Of a stretch of DNA of 57,912 bases, positions 22,031-33,330 are shown piece by piece. The stretch comes from Myxococcales bacterium (GTDB lineage: Bacteria > Myxococcota_A > UBA9042 > JABWCM01 > BTVJ01): assembly GCA_045863395.1 (NCBI GenBank), contig BTVJ01000047.1, positions 1 to 57,912 on the forward strand, written 5' to 3'. The translations under genes were made by a program, and so were the position numbers. The notes beneath the pieces are model-generated. The model was not told the DNA's origin. It saw nothing but the letters and a program-made list of their open reading frames with translations, and did not search any database. Each line of letters starts with the position of its first letter. Position 1 is the first letter of the stretch.

Positions 22031-23962
22031 TCACCCCTCCCCGAGCGGCGGCGCCTCGTCCGTCCACGCGCTGACCACCACCCCGAAGGCCTCGACGGAC
22101 TCGATCAGGGCGCCATAGGTCGCGTCATTGGCGACCGTGGCGCTGTCTCCGACGATCAGGAGGAGGCGGCGCGCGCGGGTCAGCGCCACGTTCAGGCGCC
22201 GGGCGTCCGCCAGGAAGCCGATCTGCCCCTCGTCGTTGCTGCGGACCAGGTCGACGAGGATCGCCTCCTTCTCGCGCCCCTGGAAGCCGTCCACGGTGCC
22301 CACCTCCAATCCCTGGCGCACCTCGGGGTCCAGCAGCTCTCGCAGGAGGCGCACCTGGGCGTCGTAGGGGGTGATCACCGCGACGTCCGTGGGTGCAACG
22401 CGCCGGCTCAGCAGGCGCCGCACCTCGGCGGCCGTGCGCTCCCCCTGCCGCGGGTTGCTGGTGCTCGGGTCGTCGCCCGCGCGCCGCTCCTCCCAGCCCT
22501 TGCCCGCCGTGTCCACCAGCACGAGGGGGCCCGGGCGCAGGGGATCCGATGCGGCGCCCAGGTCCTCGAGCGTGTGGTGCGCGACGCTCGGGGCGGCGAC
22601 CAGGCGGCCGCCGTACCAGCGGTCCGACGGAAACGCCATGATCGCCTCGTTCATGCGGTGCTGCACCGTGAGGAGCCGCAGGGGGTCGCCGCGCGCTGCG
22701 TCGGCGAGGCGCTCGAAGATCGTGCGCCCGAGGCCGGCGCGGGTGGCCTCTTGGTCGATGACCGTCGGCGGGAGCTGGCACGGGTCGCCCGCCATGATGA
22801 CGCGGCGGCCCCGGGAGAGGGCGACCAGCGCCACCGGGTCCACGGCCTGGGTCGCCTCGTCGAGGACGACGAGGTCGAAGGGCTCGTCGGGCAGCAGCGC
22901 GGCGTCGGCTCCTGCGGCGGTCGCGCAGACCACCGCCGCCCGGGAGACGATGGCCTGCTCCACGCGCCGCAGGTGGACCCTGGCGTCCTTCTGGAGCCGC
23001 CCCGCCTCCCGCAGCAGGTCCCCCTTCTCGCTCCTGCCGATGGCGCCCCGGTCGAAGCGGATCTGCGCCTTGCGCCGAATGGCGTTGGCCTCCGCCACCC
23101 ACTTGCGGGCGAGCCTCCAGGCGTCCGTGCGGGCGAGCTGGGAGTCCAGCGTGCGCTCCTGGACCGCGGGCGCCACCCGCGCCGGGTGTCCCAGGCGCAC
23201 GACGTCCACGCCCGCCGCCAGCCGCTCCGCCAGGTTGTCGACCGCCGCGTTGCTGGCCGCCGTCGCCAGCACGCGCTCCCCGCGGAGGACCGCCTGGCGG
23301 ATGACCTCGACCAGCGTCCGCGTCTTGCCGGTGCCCGGCGGACCGTGGACGAGGGCGACGTCCCGCGCCGCCAGACACCGTGCGACCGCTGCCCGCTGGG
23401 GGGCGTTGAGCCCCTCGTCGAAGGGCGTGATGGCGGGCTCGGCCACGAACTCCGGCTCCCGGTCTCCGAGGAGCACCGCGCGGAGGCGCCGCAGGTCACC
23501 GGGCGGAGCCTGGCGGAAGCGGGTGATCGCCCGGTCGCCGCGCGCAAATGTCTCCAGCGGGTCGTCCAGGTCGAGGCGGAAGCCCTCGTCGAGCAGGCGA
23601 TCCGGGGCGTCGTCCACCATGACGGCGAGGCGGTCCCCACGGCGGCGCGAAATCACGCCGCGCACGGCGTCCGCGCCGTCCGGGTCGTCCCACCACAGGC
23701 GAACGGGGTCCCCTGGGCCCGCGCGGAGGGTCTCCAGCTCTCCGGTCGGGCGCCGTGACGCGATCCAGAGCAGGGTGCGGCCCCCGGGCGCCGCGTCCGT
23801 CTCGTCCACGACCAGGTCGCGTGCCGCCACGCCCCGGGCGATGCGCTCGGCCAGGGTCAGCGCGCGCCGCTGCTCGACGGCCCGCGCCTGGACGGTCGCC
23901 CGCTCCGCCCGCCAGAGGGCCGCGAGGTGCGCGAGGGTGCGGTCTTCGTCTGCGGCGCTCAG
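22031..23962 (-). CDS. Superfamily 1 helicase, Upf1/IGHMBP2-like
   Basis: LNAPQ, HGPPGTGKT, ASNAAVDNL, LDEATQ, AGDPCQLPP, QHRM, TVDGFQGREKE, RRLNVALTRAR. Start uncertain; CTG 23962 has GGAGG 7 nt upstream. Confidence 0.88.
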   Translation of the reverse strand: MSAADEDRTLAHLAALWRAERATVQARAVEQRRALTLAERIARGVAARDLVVDETDAAPGGRTLLWIASRRPTGELETLRAGPGDPVRLWWDDPDGADAVRGVISRRRGDRLAVMVDDAPDRLLDEGFRLDLDDPLETFARGDRAITRFRQAPPGDLRRLRAVLLGDREPEFVAEPAITPFDEGLNAPQRAAVARCLAARDVALVHGPPGTGKTRTLVEVIRQAVLRGERVLATAASNAAVDNLAERLAAGVDVVRLGHPARVAPAVQERTLDSQLARTDAWRLARKWVAEANAIRRKAQIRFDRGAIGRSEKGDLLREAGRLQKDARVHLRRVEQAIVSRAAVVCATAAGADAALLPDEPFDLVVLDEATQAVDPVALVALSRGRRVIMAGDPCQLPPTVIDQEATRAGLGRTIFERLADAARGDPLRLLTVQHRMNEAIMAFPSDRWYGGRLVAAPSVAHHTLEDLGAASDPLRPGPLVLVDTAGKGWEERRAGDDPSTSNPRQGERTAAEVRRLLSRRVAPTDVAVITPYDAQVRLLRELLDPEVRQGLEVGTVDGFQGREKEAILVDLVRSNDEGQIGFLADARRLNVALTRARRLLLIVGDSATVANDATYGALIESVEAFGVVVSAWTDEAPPLGEG

Positions 23963-24128
23963 GGTTCCGCCTCCGGTCTGCGATCCGATGGCGCATGGTA
24001 GCACGCCGGCCGTCTGTGGCCTCCCACGAGTCGTGGGGGTTCCGTGAGGCGCTCGACCCTCTGACCCTTGCCGACCGTGGTGGCTATGGCATGATGCGCG
24101 CCGAGGAGCCGAGCCAGGAGGGAGCCCG

Positions 24129-24989
24129 ATGAAGAGAGTGCTTGTCGCCGGCGCCACCGGCCACCTGGGGAGGCACCTGGTCGCGGCGTTGCGAGAGCGT
24201 GGCGCCACGGTACGCGCGCTTGGCCGCTCGGCGGAGCGCCTCGCCGTCACCGGTGCCCACGAGACCCACGTCGCCGACCCGCTGCGGCCGGACCCGCTGG
24301 AGCCCGCGCTGCGCGACGTGGACGCCGTCGTCTCGTGTCTCGGGGCCAGCGTGGCGCTCTCTCTGGCCGGCTGGGCGAGCTACCTGCACGTCGACGTGCC
24401 CGCCAACGCGCGCCTGATCGCCGCAGCCGAGGCCGCGGGCGTGCGGCGCTTCGTCTACGTGTCCACCCACCACACGGAGGAGATGCGCTCTTTGGGCTAC
24501 GTGCGGGCCCACGAAGCGGTCGCCGCGCGCCTTCGAGTCAGCTCCCTGGACGCCGCCGTCGTGCGCCCGACCGGCTTCCACTCCGCCTACGTGGCGCTCC
24601 TCGACCTGGCGCGCAAGGGCCCCGTGCCCCTCTTCGGCGACGGCTCGGCGCGCACCAACCCCATCCACGACGGGGATCTCGCGGCCGTGTGCGCGGACCT
24701 CGCCGCAAGCAGCGGCGCCGAGGACGTGGTCGCCGGCGGGCCCGAGGTGCTCACGCGGCGCGACATCGCCGTGCTCGCGTGCCGGGCCGTCGGCAAGGAG
24801 CCGTCGTTCCGACCGGCTCCGCCAGGTGTCGCGCGATTCGCCGGGGCTCTCCTGCGCCCGTTCCACCCTCGCCTGTCGCACCTCATCCCGTTCCTGGTGG
24901 CGGTCTCCACATCGGACTGTCTGGGGCCTGTTCGTGGGACGCGGCGCCTCGAGGAGACCTTCGCCGAGGCGGCGCGGGCCCTGTCGTGA
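24129..24989 (+). CDS. NAD(P)-binding atypical SDR oxidoreductase
   Basis: VLVAGATGHLG Rossmann motif, VRPTGF, NPIHDGDLA. Confidence 0.85.
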   Translation: MKRVLVAGATGHLGRHLVAALRERGATVRALGRSAERLAVTGAHETHVADPLRPDPLEPALRDVDAVVSCLGASVALSLAGWASYLHVDVPANARLIAAAEAAGVRRFVYVSTHHTEEMRSLGYVRAHEAVAARLRVSSLDAAVVRPTGFHSAYVALLDLARKGPVPLFGDGSARTNPIHDGDLAAVCADLAASSGAEDVVAGGPEVLTRRDIAVLACRAVGKEPSFRPAPPGVARFAGALLRPFHPRLSHLIPFLVAVSTSDCLGPVRGTRRLEETFAEAARALS

Positions 24990-26605
24990 GGGGCGCGCTG
25001 CTCGTCGTTGCGCTTGGCGCCGCGCTTGCGGTCCGGTGCACAGACGGTCCGGTCTCCTCCGACGCCGGTGCCCCAGGGGGACTCCCGGACGCGGAGTCCG
25101 TCGACACCAGCGAGGCCCAGGGGCACGGGGACGCGAGTCTGCTATCGGACGCCCACGACATGGCGTCTGGAGATACGCTCGACGCGACGATCCCGCTCGT
25201 GGACGCGGGGTCCGACACGGGCGAAGACGCTCCGATCTACTCCGACGCCGACGCGAGCACCTCCCCCGACACCGGGTGGCCGTGTCCTCCGCAATCTCCA
25301 GGGAGCCCCGGCCCCTTTCGTCGCGATGGCGACTCCATCGTGGATTCTCTGGGTCGAGCGATCATCCTGCACGGGGCCAACGTCAGCAACACGACCAAGC
25401 ACTCCCAGGGCTACATGACGTGGCACGGCCCCGAGGACTTCGCTGACCTCGCGTCCATCGGTCTCAACCACGTGCGCCTCCTCGTCCAATGGGCGGGTGT
25501 CTCCCCGGAGAAGGGCGCCGTGGACGAGCCGTATCTCGACGCCCTCGCCGAGCGCGTCGACTGGGCGGCCCAGGCGGGGCTGCTCGTGATCCTGGACATG
25601 CACCAGGACGTCTTCGGCTACGGTTTCGGTGGCAACGGGGCGCCGCGTTGGGCCTGCGACGAGGCCCTGTACGCCGCCCACCAGCCGAAGGAGCCGTGGT
25701 ACAGAAACTACCTCTCGGCGCCCGTGCAGGCCTGCTTCGACCGACTGTACACGGACGACGCGACCTTCGCCGGCCTGCGCGACGCCTGGGTGGCCGTGGC
25801 GGGTCGCTTTGCCGACCATCCCGCGGTTCTTGGCTTCGACCTGCTCAACGAGCCGCACTGGGGGACCCACCCGGCGGAGACCTTCGTGTCCGACATCTGG
25901 CAACGCCGCCAGGAGGAGCTGGCCGCCGCCATTCGCGCCGTCGCCCCCGGCCGCATCGTCTGGTTCCAGGGGACCACCCTCGTCAGCATGGGCGCGGTGC
26001 AGCCGTTCGCCCCCGCCTGTCACGGCGATACGGGCTACGCGCCCCACTACTATCATCCGCTGGTCCACGACGGCTATCCCTACGCCCCTCCATTGAAGCC
26101 GCAGGTGGTCCTCGCCCTCGACGCAATCTCGGCGTCCGCCGGCAATCTCGGCGGCGTGCCCGTCTGGCTCGGCGAGATCGGGGCCTTCCCGAACGCCCCC
26201 ACCACCCCGGCCTATCTCCACGACCTCCTCTCCCTGCTGGCGGAGCGCCGCTGGGGCTGGGCCTGGTGGGCGGACGACCGCTCCGAGGGCGGCTTCGCGC
26301 TGCGCCACGCGGACGGCACCTTCCAGGAGGCCGTGGTGGACATCGTCGGCCACCCCTACGCACGTCGCATCCCCGGCGCGCTCCTCTCCCAGTCCATGGA
26401 CTTTGCCGCCGACCTGTACGTGGCCCGCTTCGCCTGGACCATCGAGGGGCCCTTGGAGGTCTGGACCGGCGGAGGGGTGGTGACTGTAGGTACGGACGGA
26501 GGAGACTTGGTTCCCTGCGTACAGGGAGACGGCTCCCTGGGAGTTGTGGTGTGCGGCCCGCCCGACACGCTTGGGGTCGTCTGCGAGGTGAGGGTCGAGC
26601 GCTGA
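24986..26605 (+). CDS. Glycoside hydrolase family 5, endoglycoceramidase-like, exported
   Basis: GRAIILHGANV, ILDMHQD, FDLLNEP (acid/base), APHYY, WLGEIG (nucleophile); GTGA overlap with the upstream gene. Confidence 0.85.
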   Translation: MRGALLVVALGAALAVRCTDGPVSSDAGAPGGLPDAESVDTSEAQGHGDASLLSDAHDMASGDTLDATIPLVDAGSDTGEDAPIYSDADASTSPDTGWPCPPQSPGSPGPFRRDGDSIVDSLGRAIILHGANVSNTTKHSQGYMTWHGPEDFADLASIGLNHVRLLVQWAGVSPEKGAVDEPYLDALAERVDWAAQAGLLVILDMHQDVFGYGFGGNGAPRWACDEALYAAHQPKEPWYRNYLSAPVQACFDRLYTDDATFAGLRDAWVAVAGRFADHPAVLGFDLLNEPHWGTHPAETFVSDIWQRRQEELAAAIRAVAPGRIVWFQGTTLVSMGAVQPFAPACHGDTGYAPHYYHPLVHDGYPYAPPLKPQVVLALDAISASAGNLGGVPVWLGEIGAFPNAPTTPAYLHDLLSLLAERRWGWAWWADDRSEGGFALRHADGTFQEAVVDIVGHPYARRIPGALLSQSMDFAADLYVARFAWTIEGPLEVWTGGGVVTVGTDGGDLVPCVQGDGSLGVVVCGPPDTLGVVCEVRVER

Positions 26606-26614
26606 GAGAGACGC

Positions 26615-27349
26615 TCAGCGGGTCGAGTTGCGGAACCGTGCATAGAGGCGGTCGCGCCAAGAGATCAGGTCGCCGAACTCCGTGACCAGCTCGGGCACCG
26701 TCCAGTGGATGCGGCTCCTCGGGCCGATGGGGGTCGTCGGTGGTGGGCTGACCATCTGCAGGGCAACGGCCATCGTGATGTCCGCGTAGGTGAGCCGGCC
26801 GTCGAGCAGGTGGTCGCCACCCGCCAGTGAGGCGCGGAAGGTGGTGAGCGCCTCGCCCATCCGGGCGACGCGTGCCTCGTTGGCGTCGTCCTGAAAGGCG
26901 TACTTCTTCATCAGGTAGCGGACGCCAAGGCGTCCGAGGGCGCGGGAGGCGGGGCCGAGCTTGCCGAGGGCGCCCGGCACGCTCTCCATCAGGGCGACGG
27001 GGTCTTGGGCGACTCGCAGGGTCGTGCGCTCTCGCCCGGTGCTCAAGACCCGTTCGCTGAGCGCATTCCACCGTGTGATGGTCGCCTCGTGTCGCGCGGG
27101 GAGCAGGTCGGAACCGGTCCGCGCGCACGCGTGCTGCACGATGGCGAAGGAGTCCGAGATTGGGGGGCCGTCACCGAGCAGGATGGGCACGGTCAGCCTC
27201 CCGCGGAGCCTTCCCGCGCGGAGCCGGAGCAGGGGCTCGCCCACCATGGGGAGGTACTCGCGGTAGCGGTAGGAGAAGCCGGCGACGTCGAGGCCGAAGC
27301 GCGCCTTCTCGGTCCAGGGGGAGTAGGAGATGCCGACGAGCGTGTGCAA
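26615..27349 (-). CDS. Glutathione S-transferase family protein
   Basis: YSPWTEKAR, TVPIL, ISDSFAI, LTYADI; TTG start with GGAGG. Confidence 0.8.
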   Translation of the reverse strand: MHTLVGISYSPWTEKARFGLDVAGFSYRYREYLPMVGEPLLRLRAGRLRGRLTVPILLGDGPPISDSFAIVQHACARTGSDLLPARHEATITRWNALSERVLSTGRERTTLRVAQDPVALMESVPGALGKLGPASRALGRLGVRYLMKKYAFQDDANEARVARMGEALTTFRASLAGGDHLLDGRLTYADITMAVALQMVSPPPTTPIGPRSRIHWTVPELVTEFGDLISWRDRLYARFRNSTR

Positions 27350-27608
27350 GGGAGCCTCCGTTCGGTGGTTGCGCCGCCCTGGATGCGCAACCGTTGTATG
27401 CCACCGCCCGCCATGCGTCCAGCGCTGACGCTCGCACGTGCTGGCGGGCGCCCAGCGCCCGCGGGGCCTCGCATCTCGACTGGGTCCGCGCCGTCGCTGA
27501 CCACGCCGTTGGCGGGCGCGGACCCCGTCGGGCTTGCCAGCACCGGTGCCTGGCGTAATATGCCGCCGCCGGGCTCTCCCGGCCCCACAACCCTACGGAG
27601 CCATCCCC

Positions 27609-28235
27609 ATGCCGACACTCAGGTTGACCTACTTCGACTCGGCCGGGCGGGCCGAGCCCGTCCGCATCGCCCTCCACATGGCCGGTCTGCCCTTCGAGGA
27701 CCGGCGCGTCAAGTTCCCGGAGTTCGCCGCCCTCAAGGCAGAGGGCACCCTCCCCCTCGGGAGCCTGCCGGTGCTGGAGGTGGACGGCGTGCCCCTGGTA
27801 CAGACCGCCGCGATGCTCCGCTACGTGGCGCGCCTCGGGGATACGGGCCTCTACCCGACGGACCCGCTGCGCGCCTTCGTCGTCGACAGCGCCCTCGACT
27901 CCATGAACGACACGCTGTCCCACGCGCTGGTCCCGAGCTTCTTCGAGCGTGACATGGAGAAGAAGTTGGCGATGCGCGCGGAGTGGGTTGCGGGCCCCAT
28001 GACGCGGGTGCTCACCTACATCGAGGGTCTGCTCGAGCGCTTCGGGGGGCCGTTCCTCGGCGGTGCGTCGCTCTCCATCGCCGACCTCGTCGTGGCCCAC
28101 CAGGTCCAGCAGATTCGGGCGGGTCACCTGGACGGCGTCACCATGGAGGCCCTGGCTCCGTACCCTCGCATCGGCGCCCTCGCCGAGGCGACGCTCGCGG
28201 ATCCGCGGGTTGCCGCCTGGTCTTCGCGGTCCTGA
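27609..28235 (+). CDS. Glutathione S-transferase (sigma-class-like)
   Basis: LTYFDSAGRAEPVR, PLGSLPVLEVDG, QTAAMLRY, LSIADL. Confidence 0.87.
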   Translation: MPTLRLTYFDSAGRAEPVRIALHMAGLPFEDRRVKFPEFAALKAEGTLPLGSLPVLEVDGVPLVQTAAMLRYVARLGDTGLYPTDPLRAFVVDSALDSMNDTLSHALVPSFFERDMEKKLAMRAEWVAGPMTRVLTYIEGLLERFGGPFLGGASLSIADLVVAHQVQQIRAGHLDGVTMEALAPYPRIGALAEATLADPRVAAWSSRS

Positions 28236-28462
28236 GGCTCCCACGCCCAAGGGGGGGCACAGCCCGCACGCCACGGCGTGACGGAGCGTGATCCTCGATC
28301 ACGGCCCGTCACGCCCCACCACGGCGTCGCAGACCCCGGTGGTGTCGCTCGGGGAGGCCGCCGGCGCCCAAACCTGCGCCACTCCTCGTCGTGAGGCGCG
28401 CGCTGCGCTCCTGGCACGACCGTTGCTCTCCATCCGCTCGACACCACACTGGAGGTGACGTC

Positions 28463-29572
28463 ATGAAGCGCATGGGAACGAGAGTCTGCGCCGTGATCGC
28501 GGCGCTCTTGGGTATGGCGTGTGAGGCGGGGACGGGCGGGAGCGTGGCTGGGTGCGAGGGCGGAGCGTGCGGGCAGGGCGAGGACGACGCCGGGTCGCAC
28601 GGTGGCGCAGGGCAGGGTGGCGCGGGGCAGGGCAGCGCGGGGCAGGGTGGCACGGGGCAGGGTGGCGCGGGGCAGGGTGGCGCGGGGCAGGGTGGCGCGG
28701 GACAGGGTGCCTCGGGCGTCGTTCCCACCATCGGGCAGTGCGCGATCTTCCCCGCCGACAACCCCTGGAACCTGGACATCTCGACGCTGCCGGTCCATGC
28801 GAACAGCGAAGCGTTCATCGACTCCATCGGGAGGGACGGCACGCTCCACCCCGACTTCGGCACCGAGTGGGAGGGCGCGCCCATCGGGATCCCCTTCGTC
28901 GTGGTCGGGGCGGAGCAGCCGCTGGTCCCCGTGAGCTTCACGTGGGCCGACGAGAGCGACCCGGGTCCGTACCCCATCCCGAGCGACGCCCCCATCGAGG
29001 GCGGGGCGGACAGCGACGGCGACCGCCACATCATCGTGGTCTCCACGGCCACCTGCACCCTCTACGAGCTCTACAACGCGTGGCCGGCCGGAGGCGGCTG
29101 GACCGCGGACGCGGGCGCGGCCTTCGACCTGTCGAGCAACGCGCTTCGGCCCGCGGGCTGGACGTCCGCCGACGCGGCGGGCCTGCCGATCCTCCCGGGT
29201 CTGGTCCGCTACGACGAGGCCGCTGCGGGGGCGATCCGCCACGCGCTGCGCTTCACCGTGAGCCACTCCCAGCGGGCCTATGTGGCTCCAGCGACCCACG
29301 CGGCCAGCTCCAGCACCGACCCTTCGCTCCCCCCCATGGGATTGCGGCTCCGCATGAAGGCTGCGACGGACTGCACGGGGCTATCGATTGAGGTGCAGGT
29401 GATCTGCGCCGCACTCAAGACCTACGGAATGCTCGTGGCGGACAACGGCTCCGACTGGTACATCTCTGGCGCCCCTGACCCACGCTGGAACGACGACGCG
29501 CTCCATGATCTGAAGTCCATTCCAGGTGACGCCTTCGAGGTCGTGGACACGGGCGCCATCACCCTCTACTGA
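28463..29572 (+). CDS. Lipoprotein of unknown function with a GGAGQ-repeat linker
   Basis: Lipobox LLGMAC; globular part FPADNPWN, GIPF, SDPGPYPIP, GDRH, IRHALRFT, MGLRLR, YGMLVADNG. Confidence 0.75.
   Translation: MKRMGTRVCAVIAALLGMACEAGTGGSVAGCEGGACGQGEDDAGSHGGAGQGGAGQGSAGQGGTGQGGAGQGGAGQGGAGQGASGVVPTIGQCAIFPADNPWNLDISTLPVHANSEAFIDSIGRDGTLHPDFGTEWEGAPIGIPFVVVGAEQPLVPVSFTWADESDPGPYPIPSDAPIEGGADSDGDRHIIVVSTATCTLYELYNAWPAGGGWTADAGAAFDLSSNALRPAGWTSADAAGLPILPGLVRYDEAAAGAIRHALRFTVSHSQRAYVAPATHAASSSTDPSLPPMGLRLRMKAATDCTGLSIEVQVICAALKTYGMLVADNGSDWYISGAPDPRWNDDALHDLKSIPGDAFEVVDTGAITLY
28601..28705 (+). repeat. 15-bp tandem repeat x7 (GGTGGCGCGGGGCAG)
   Basis: Seven consecutive units with at most a few substitutions each; coding linker. 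Confidence 0.9.
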
Positions 29573-29628
29573 ACCATCAACCGGGGCCGCCCCGTGCGCG
29601 GGGCCGGCCCACGAACTCGGAGGACATC

Positions 29629-30663
<1,035 letters not shown>

Positions 30664-30670
30664 GGCGCCG

Positions 30671-31777
30671 TCAGAACGTCCCGCCCACCCCGACGGAGAG
30701 CAGGGAGGTGGGCGCCACCCAGAGCCTGCCTGCGGCCTCTGTGCCGTCAGTCGGCTCCGACTCCAGGGCCCACCACGTCAGGCCGCCCGCCACGAGCGCT
30801 GCTCCCGCGCCCGCCAGCACGGACCCGCTCAGCACGAGGGTGTCCACCTCGTCACCCAGGCGCTGCGCCTCGGCCTGTGTGAGACCCGTGATGACCCCGC
30901 CGTCCCGCTGCGACGACGCGAGGGGCTGAGACTCCACCAGCGCGGCGATCAGCAGGCCGGCGCCCGCGGCGGCGGCAGCGGAGCCCACGCCCACCAGGAC
31001 CCAGGGCCCGGGGTTGGTGGGTTCGGCCACCGCGCCGGGCTCCGCCAGTGTGACGTGGGCGCCGGAGAGCACCTCGACGCGGAGGGTCTGCGGCGGCGCC
31101 CCCGACGCAGTGACCTCCACTGCATGGACCCCGGCGTCGAGCTCCACCGCGCTGACTCCCGGTGCGAAGGGCAGCACCCGCCCGTCGATGCGCACCGTGG
31201 CGCCCGGGGGCAGCGCCACGGTCCCGCGCTCGCCGCCGTCGGGTGGCCAGACCACGCGCCGCGCGACGTCCAGGTCCCGCGTCCAGCAGGAGGCGCGCTG
31301 CGTCTCAGAGGGAAGCACGCACAGGGTGTGCGCCCCGGGGGCCACGGGCAGCACCTCGTTGGGAACGAGCCCGCCGTCGAGGGACGCGCGCGTCGTGGCT
31401 GGCAGGGAGCGCAGGTCCACCGCCGCCCGTTGGAGCAGCGGCGCGAGGGCGGCGGCCCGCGTGGCGGCTTCCGCGACCAGCTCGGGCGTGGTCCGCGGCT
31501 GGCTCGGGTAGAGGACGAAGTGATCGTAGGCCTCCCGCAGGAAGCCCATCTCCTCATAGCTTCGCGCGATGTTGAACACGTAGACGGCCCGAGGCTCTGC
31601 GCTCTGAGCCGCTTGAAGCAGCGCGATGGCCTCGTCGAAGGCGCCGCGCTTGAACGCGGCGCGCGCCCGAGCGAACGCCTCCGGGGCGCCCGCGTCGTCC
31701 GTTGGGGGGGCGCTCCATGCGGTGCTGCCGCTCAAGGCGACGGCGACCACGAGCGCGAACCATGAGTGACGTCTCAT
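30671..31777 (-). CDS. Secreted TPR / PEGA-like protein
   Basis: Signal peptide; ARAAFKRGAFDEAIALLQAA and VFNIARSYE (TPR); beta-rich middle; hydrophobic Gly-rich C-terminus ending GGTF. Confidence 0.75.
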   Translation of the reverse strand: MRRHSWFALVVAVALSGSTAWSAPPTDDAGAPEAFARARAAFKRGAFDEAIALLQAAQSAEPRAVYVFNIARSYEEMGFLREAYDHFVLYPSQPRTTPELVAEAATRAAALAPLLQRAAVDLRSLPATTRASLDGGLVPNEVLPVAPGAHTLCVLPSETQRASCWTRDLDVARRVVWPPDGGERGTVALPPGATVRIDGRVLPFAPGVSAVELDAGVHAVEVTASGAPPQTLRVEVLSGAHVTLAEPGAVAEPTNPGPWVLVGVGSAAAAAGAGLLIAALVESQPLASSQRDGGVITGLTQAEAQRLGDEVDTLVLSGSVLAGAGAALVAGGLTWWALESEPTDGTEAAGRLWVAPTSLLSVGVGGTF

Positions 31778-31784
31778 GGGGCAG

Positions 31785-31813
31785 ACCATAGCCCGGAGCC
31801 GTCGGGCCGTCCA
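31785..31813 (-). promoter_or_regulatory. Candidate sigma70 promoter, leaderless geometry, for the TPR gene
   Basis: Minus strand TGGACG-N17-TATGGT, then 7 nt to ATG 31777. Confidence 0.5.
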
Positions 31814-31888
31814 GGCACGCGCCCCAGTCCGTCGCCCAGGCTTCGCTGCGGAGAGAGCTCGCGGCGACCTCCACCCTTCAGATTCTTC

Positions 31889-31917
31889 TTGACGCTGCGC
31901 GGAGCCTCTGCCATCTT
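31889..31917 (+). promoter_or_regulatory. Candidate sigma70 promoter for the sulfate uptake operon (leaderless onto the Cys-rich uORF)
   Basis: TTGACG-N17-CATCTT with an extended -10 TG, then 7 nt to ATG 31925. Confidence 0.55.
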
Positions 31918-31924
31918 CCCCGCC

Positions 31925-32038
31925 ATGACGCTCAACCGCCGCTCCCTGACGATCAATGTGGCAACCACCGCCTGTCGGTGTTGTTGTACGTGTCGCCGGC
32001 CGGCGGCGGTGCGGGCCGTGAGCGGCGCCCTCCTGTAG
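31925..32038 (+). CDS. Cys-rich leader peptide (37 aa), putative cysteine-responsive attenuator
   Basis: [37 protein letters not shown]. Five Cys in seven codons, all TGT, directly upstream of sbp-cysTWA. Confidence 0.75.
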   Translation: MTLNRRSLTINVATTACRCCCTCRRPAAVRAVSGALL

Positions 32039-32245
32039 GGTCCCTCAGTCCCGCACCGGGCGCCGGCCTCCCCCGGGTTCCCCCAGACTTTCACAGCGGT
32101 CGGAGAGGTTCTCTCGGCGTGGCTCCATACCTCGGCATGGGGACCGCGCCTTGTGCTCGCCGCGGGACGTTCCAGGCGAGACGCTCACCGATTCGACCCT
32201 CGACCAGACACCGTCGCGGCGGAGTGTCCACCGCGCATGACGAAC

Positions 32246-32314
32246 CGGAGTCTCTCCGCCGAGACTCCGCCTCCAGACAGGTGTGTCTGGAGACAGACGA
32301 GCCTATGGAGTCTC
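32246..32314 (+). promoter_or_regulatory. Alternative RNA hairpins that could sequester or free the sbp ribosome-binding site
   Basis: GAGACTCC (32261-32268) is complementary both to GGAGTCTC at 32247-32254 and to GGAGTCTC at 32307-32314, which holds the SD for ATG 32320. A 9-bp hairpin (32271-32292) lies between. Confidence 0.6.
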
Positions 32315-32319
32315 ACCAC

Positions 32320-33327
32320 ATGATCCGATTCATGACAGCCCCCTTCGTGCCCCTCTTCGCCCTCATCGCGCTGCTCCCTGCTTGCGCCGGCTCCTGCGAG
32401 CAAACGGATGGACCAAAGCTCCTCAACGTGTCGTATGACCCGACCCGCGAGCTCTACCAGGACTTCAACGCTGCCTTCGCGAAGCACTGGAAGGCCGAGA
32501 CCGGGCAGGACGTCACCATCGAGCAGTCCCACGGCGGCTCTGGAAAGCAGGCGCGCTCCGTCATCGATGGCCTCGAGGCGGACGTCGTCACCCTTGCGCT
32601 CGAGGCCGACATCGACGCCATCGCGGCGGCGGGGCTCGTCAATTCAGCGTGGCGGGGGCGGCTCGAGCACGGGAGCACACCGTACACGTCGACCATCGTC
32701 TTCGTGGTGCGTGCAGGCAACCCGAAGGGGATCAAGGACTGGCCCGACCTCGGCAAGCCCGGCGTCCAGGTGATCGTCCCGAACCCCAAGACCTCCGGCG
32801 GCGCCCGCTGGATCTACCTCGCCGCGTGGGGAGCGGTCAGCGAGCGGGGTGGGACGGCAGAGCAGGCGAAGGACGCCGTGGCGGCGCTCTTCCGCAACGT
32901 CCCGGTCCTGGACACGGGCGCTCGCGGGTCCACCACCACCTTCGTCGAGCGCGGCATCGGGGACGTGCTCCTGTCGTGGGAGAACGAGGCCGTGCTGATC
33001 ACCGAGGGCATCGGCAAGGGGCGCTTCGAGGTCGTGACCCCCCCCATCAGCATCCTCGCCGAGCCGCCGGTCGCGGTCGTCGACCAGAACGTGGACAAGA
33101 GAGGCACCCGCAAGCTCGCTGAGGCCTACCTGGCCTTTCTCTACAGCGAGCAGGGCCAGGCCCTCGCGGCGAAGCACCATTACCGCCCGCGTCGAGAGGT
33201 CCCGGGCGCGACCCTCCCCGCGCTCCGCCTGTTCACCATCGATGCGGTCTTCGGCGGCTGGAAGAAGGCGCAGGGCGAGCACTTCGCCGACGGCGGCGTG
33301 TTCGACCGCATCATCGAGGCCCGCTGA
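32320..33327 (+). CDS. sbp: Sulfate ABC transporter substrate-binding protein
   Basis: [56 protein letters not shown]. Start could be 32305, 32320 or 32332. Confidence 0.93.
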   Translation: MIRFMTAPFVPLFALIALLPACAGSCEQTDGPKLLNVSYDPTRELYQDFNAAFAKHWKAETGQDVTIEQSHGGSGKQARSVIDGLEADVVTLALEADIDAIAAAGLVNSAWRGRLEHGSTPYTSTIVFVVRAGNPKGIKDWPDLGKPGVQVIVPNPKTSGGARWIYLAAWGAVSERGGTAEQAKDAVAALFRNVPVLDTGARGSTTTFVERGIGDVLLSWENEAVLITEGIGKGRFEVVTPPISILAEPPVAVVDQNVDKRGTRKLAEAYLAFLYSEQGQALAAKHHYRPRREVPGATLPALRLFTIDAVFGGWKKAQGEHFADGGVFDRIIEAR

Positions 33328-33330
33328 GCC

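Noticed and set aside
28601..28705. CRISPR-like array (also repeats at 10053-10120, 10741-10771 and 55780-55940)
   Set aside because: Units are short and contiguous, with no unique spacers and no cas genes; most are coding linkers.
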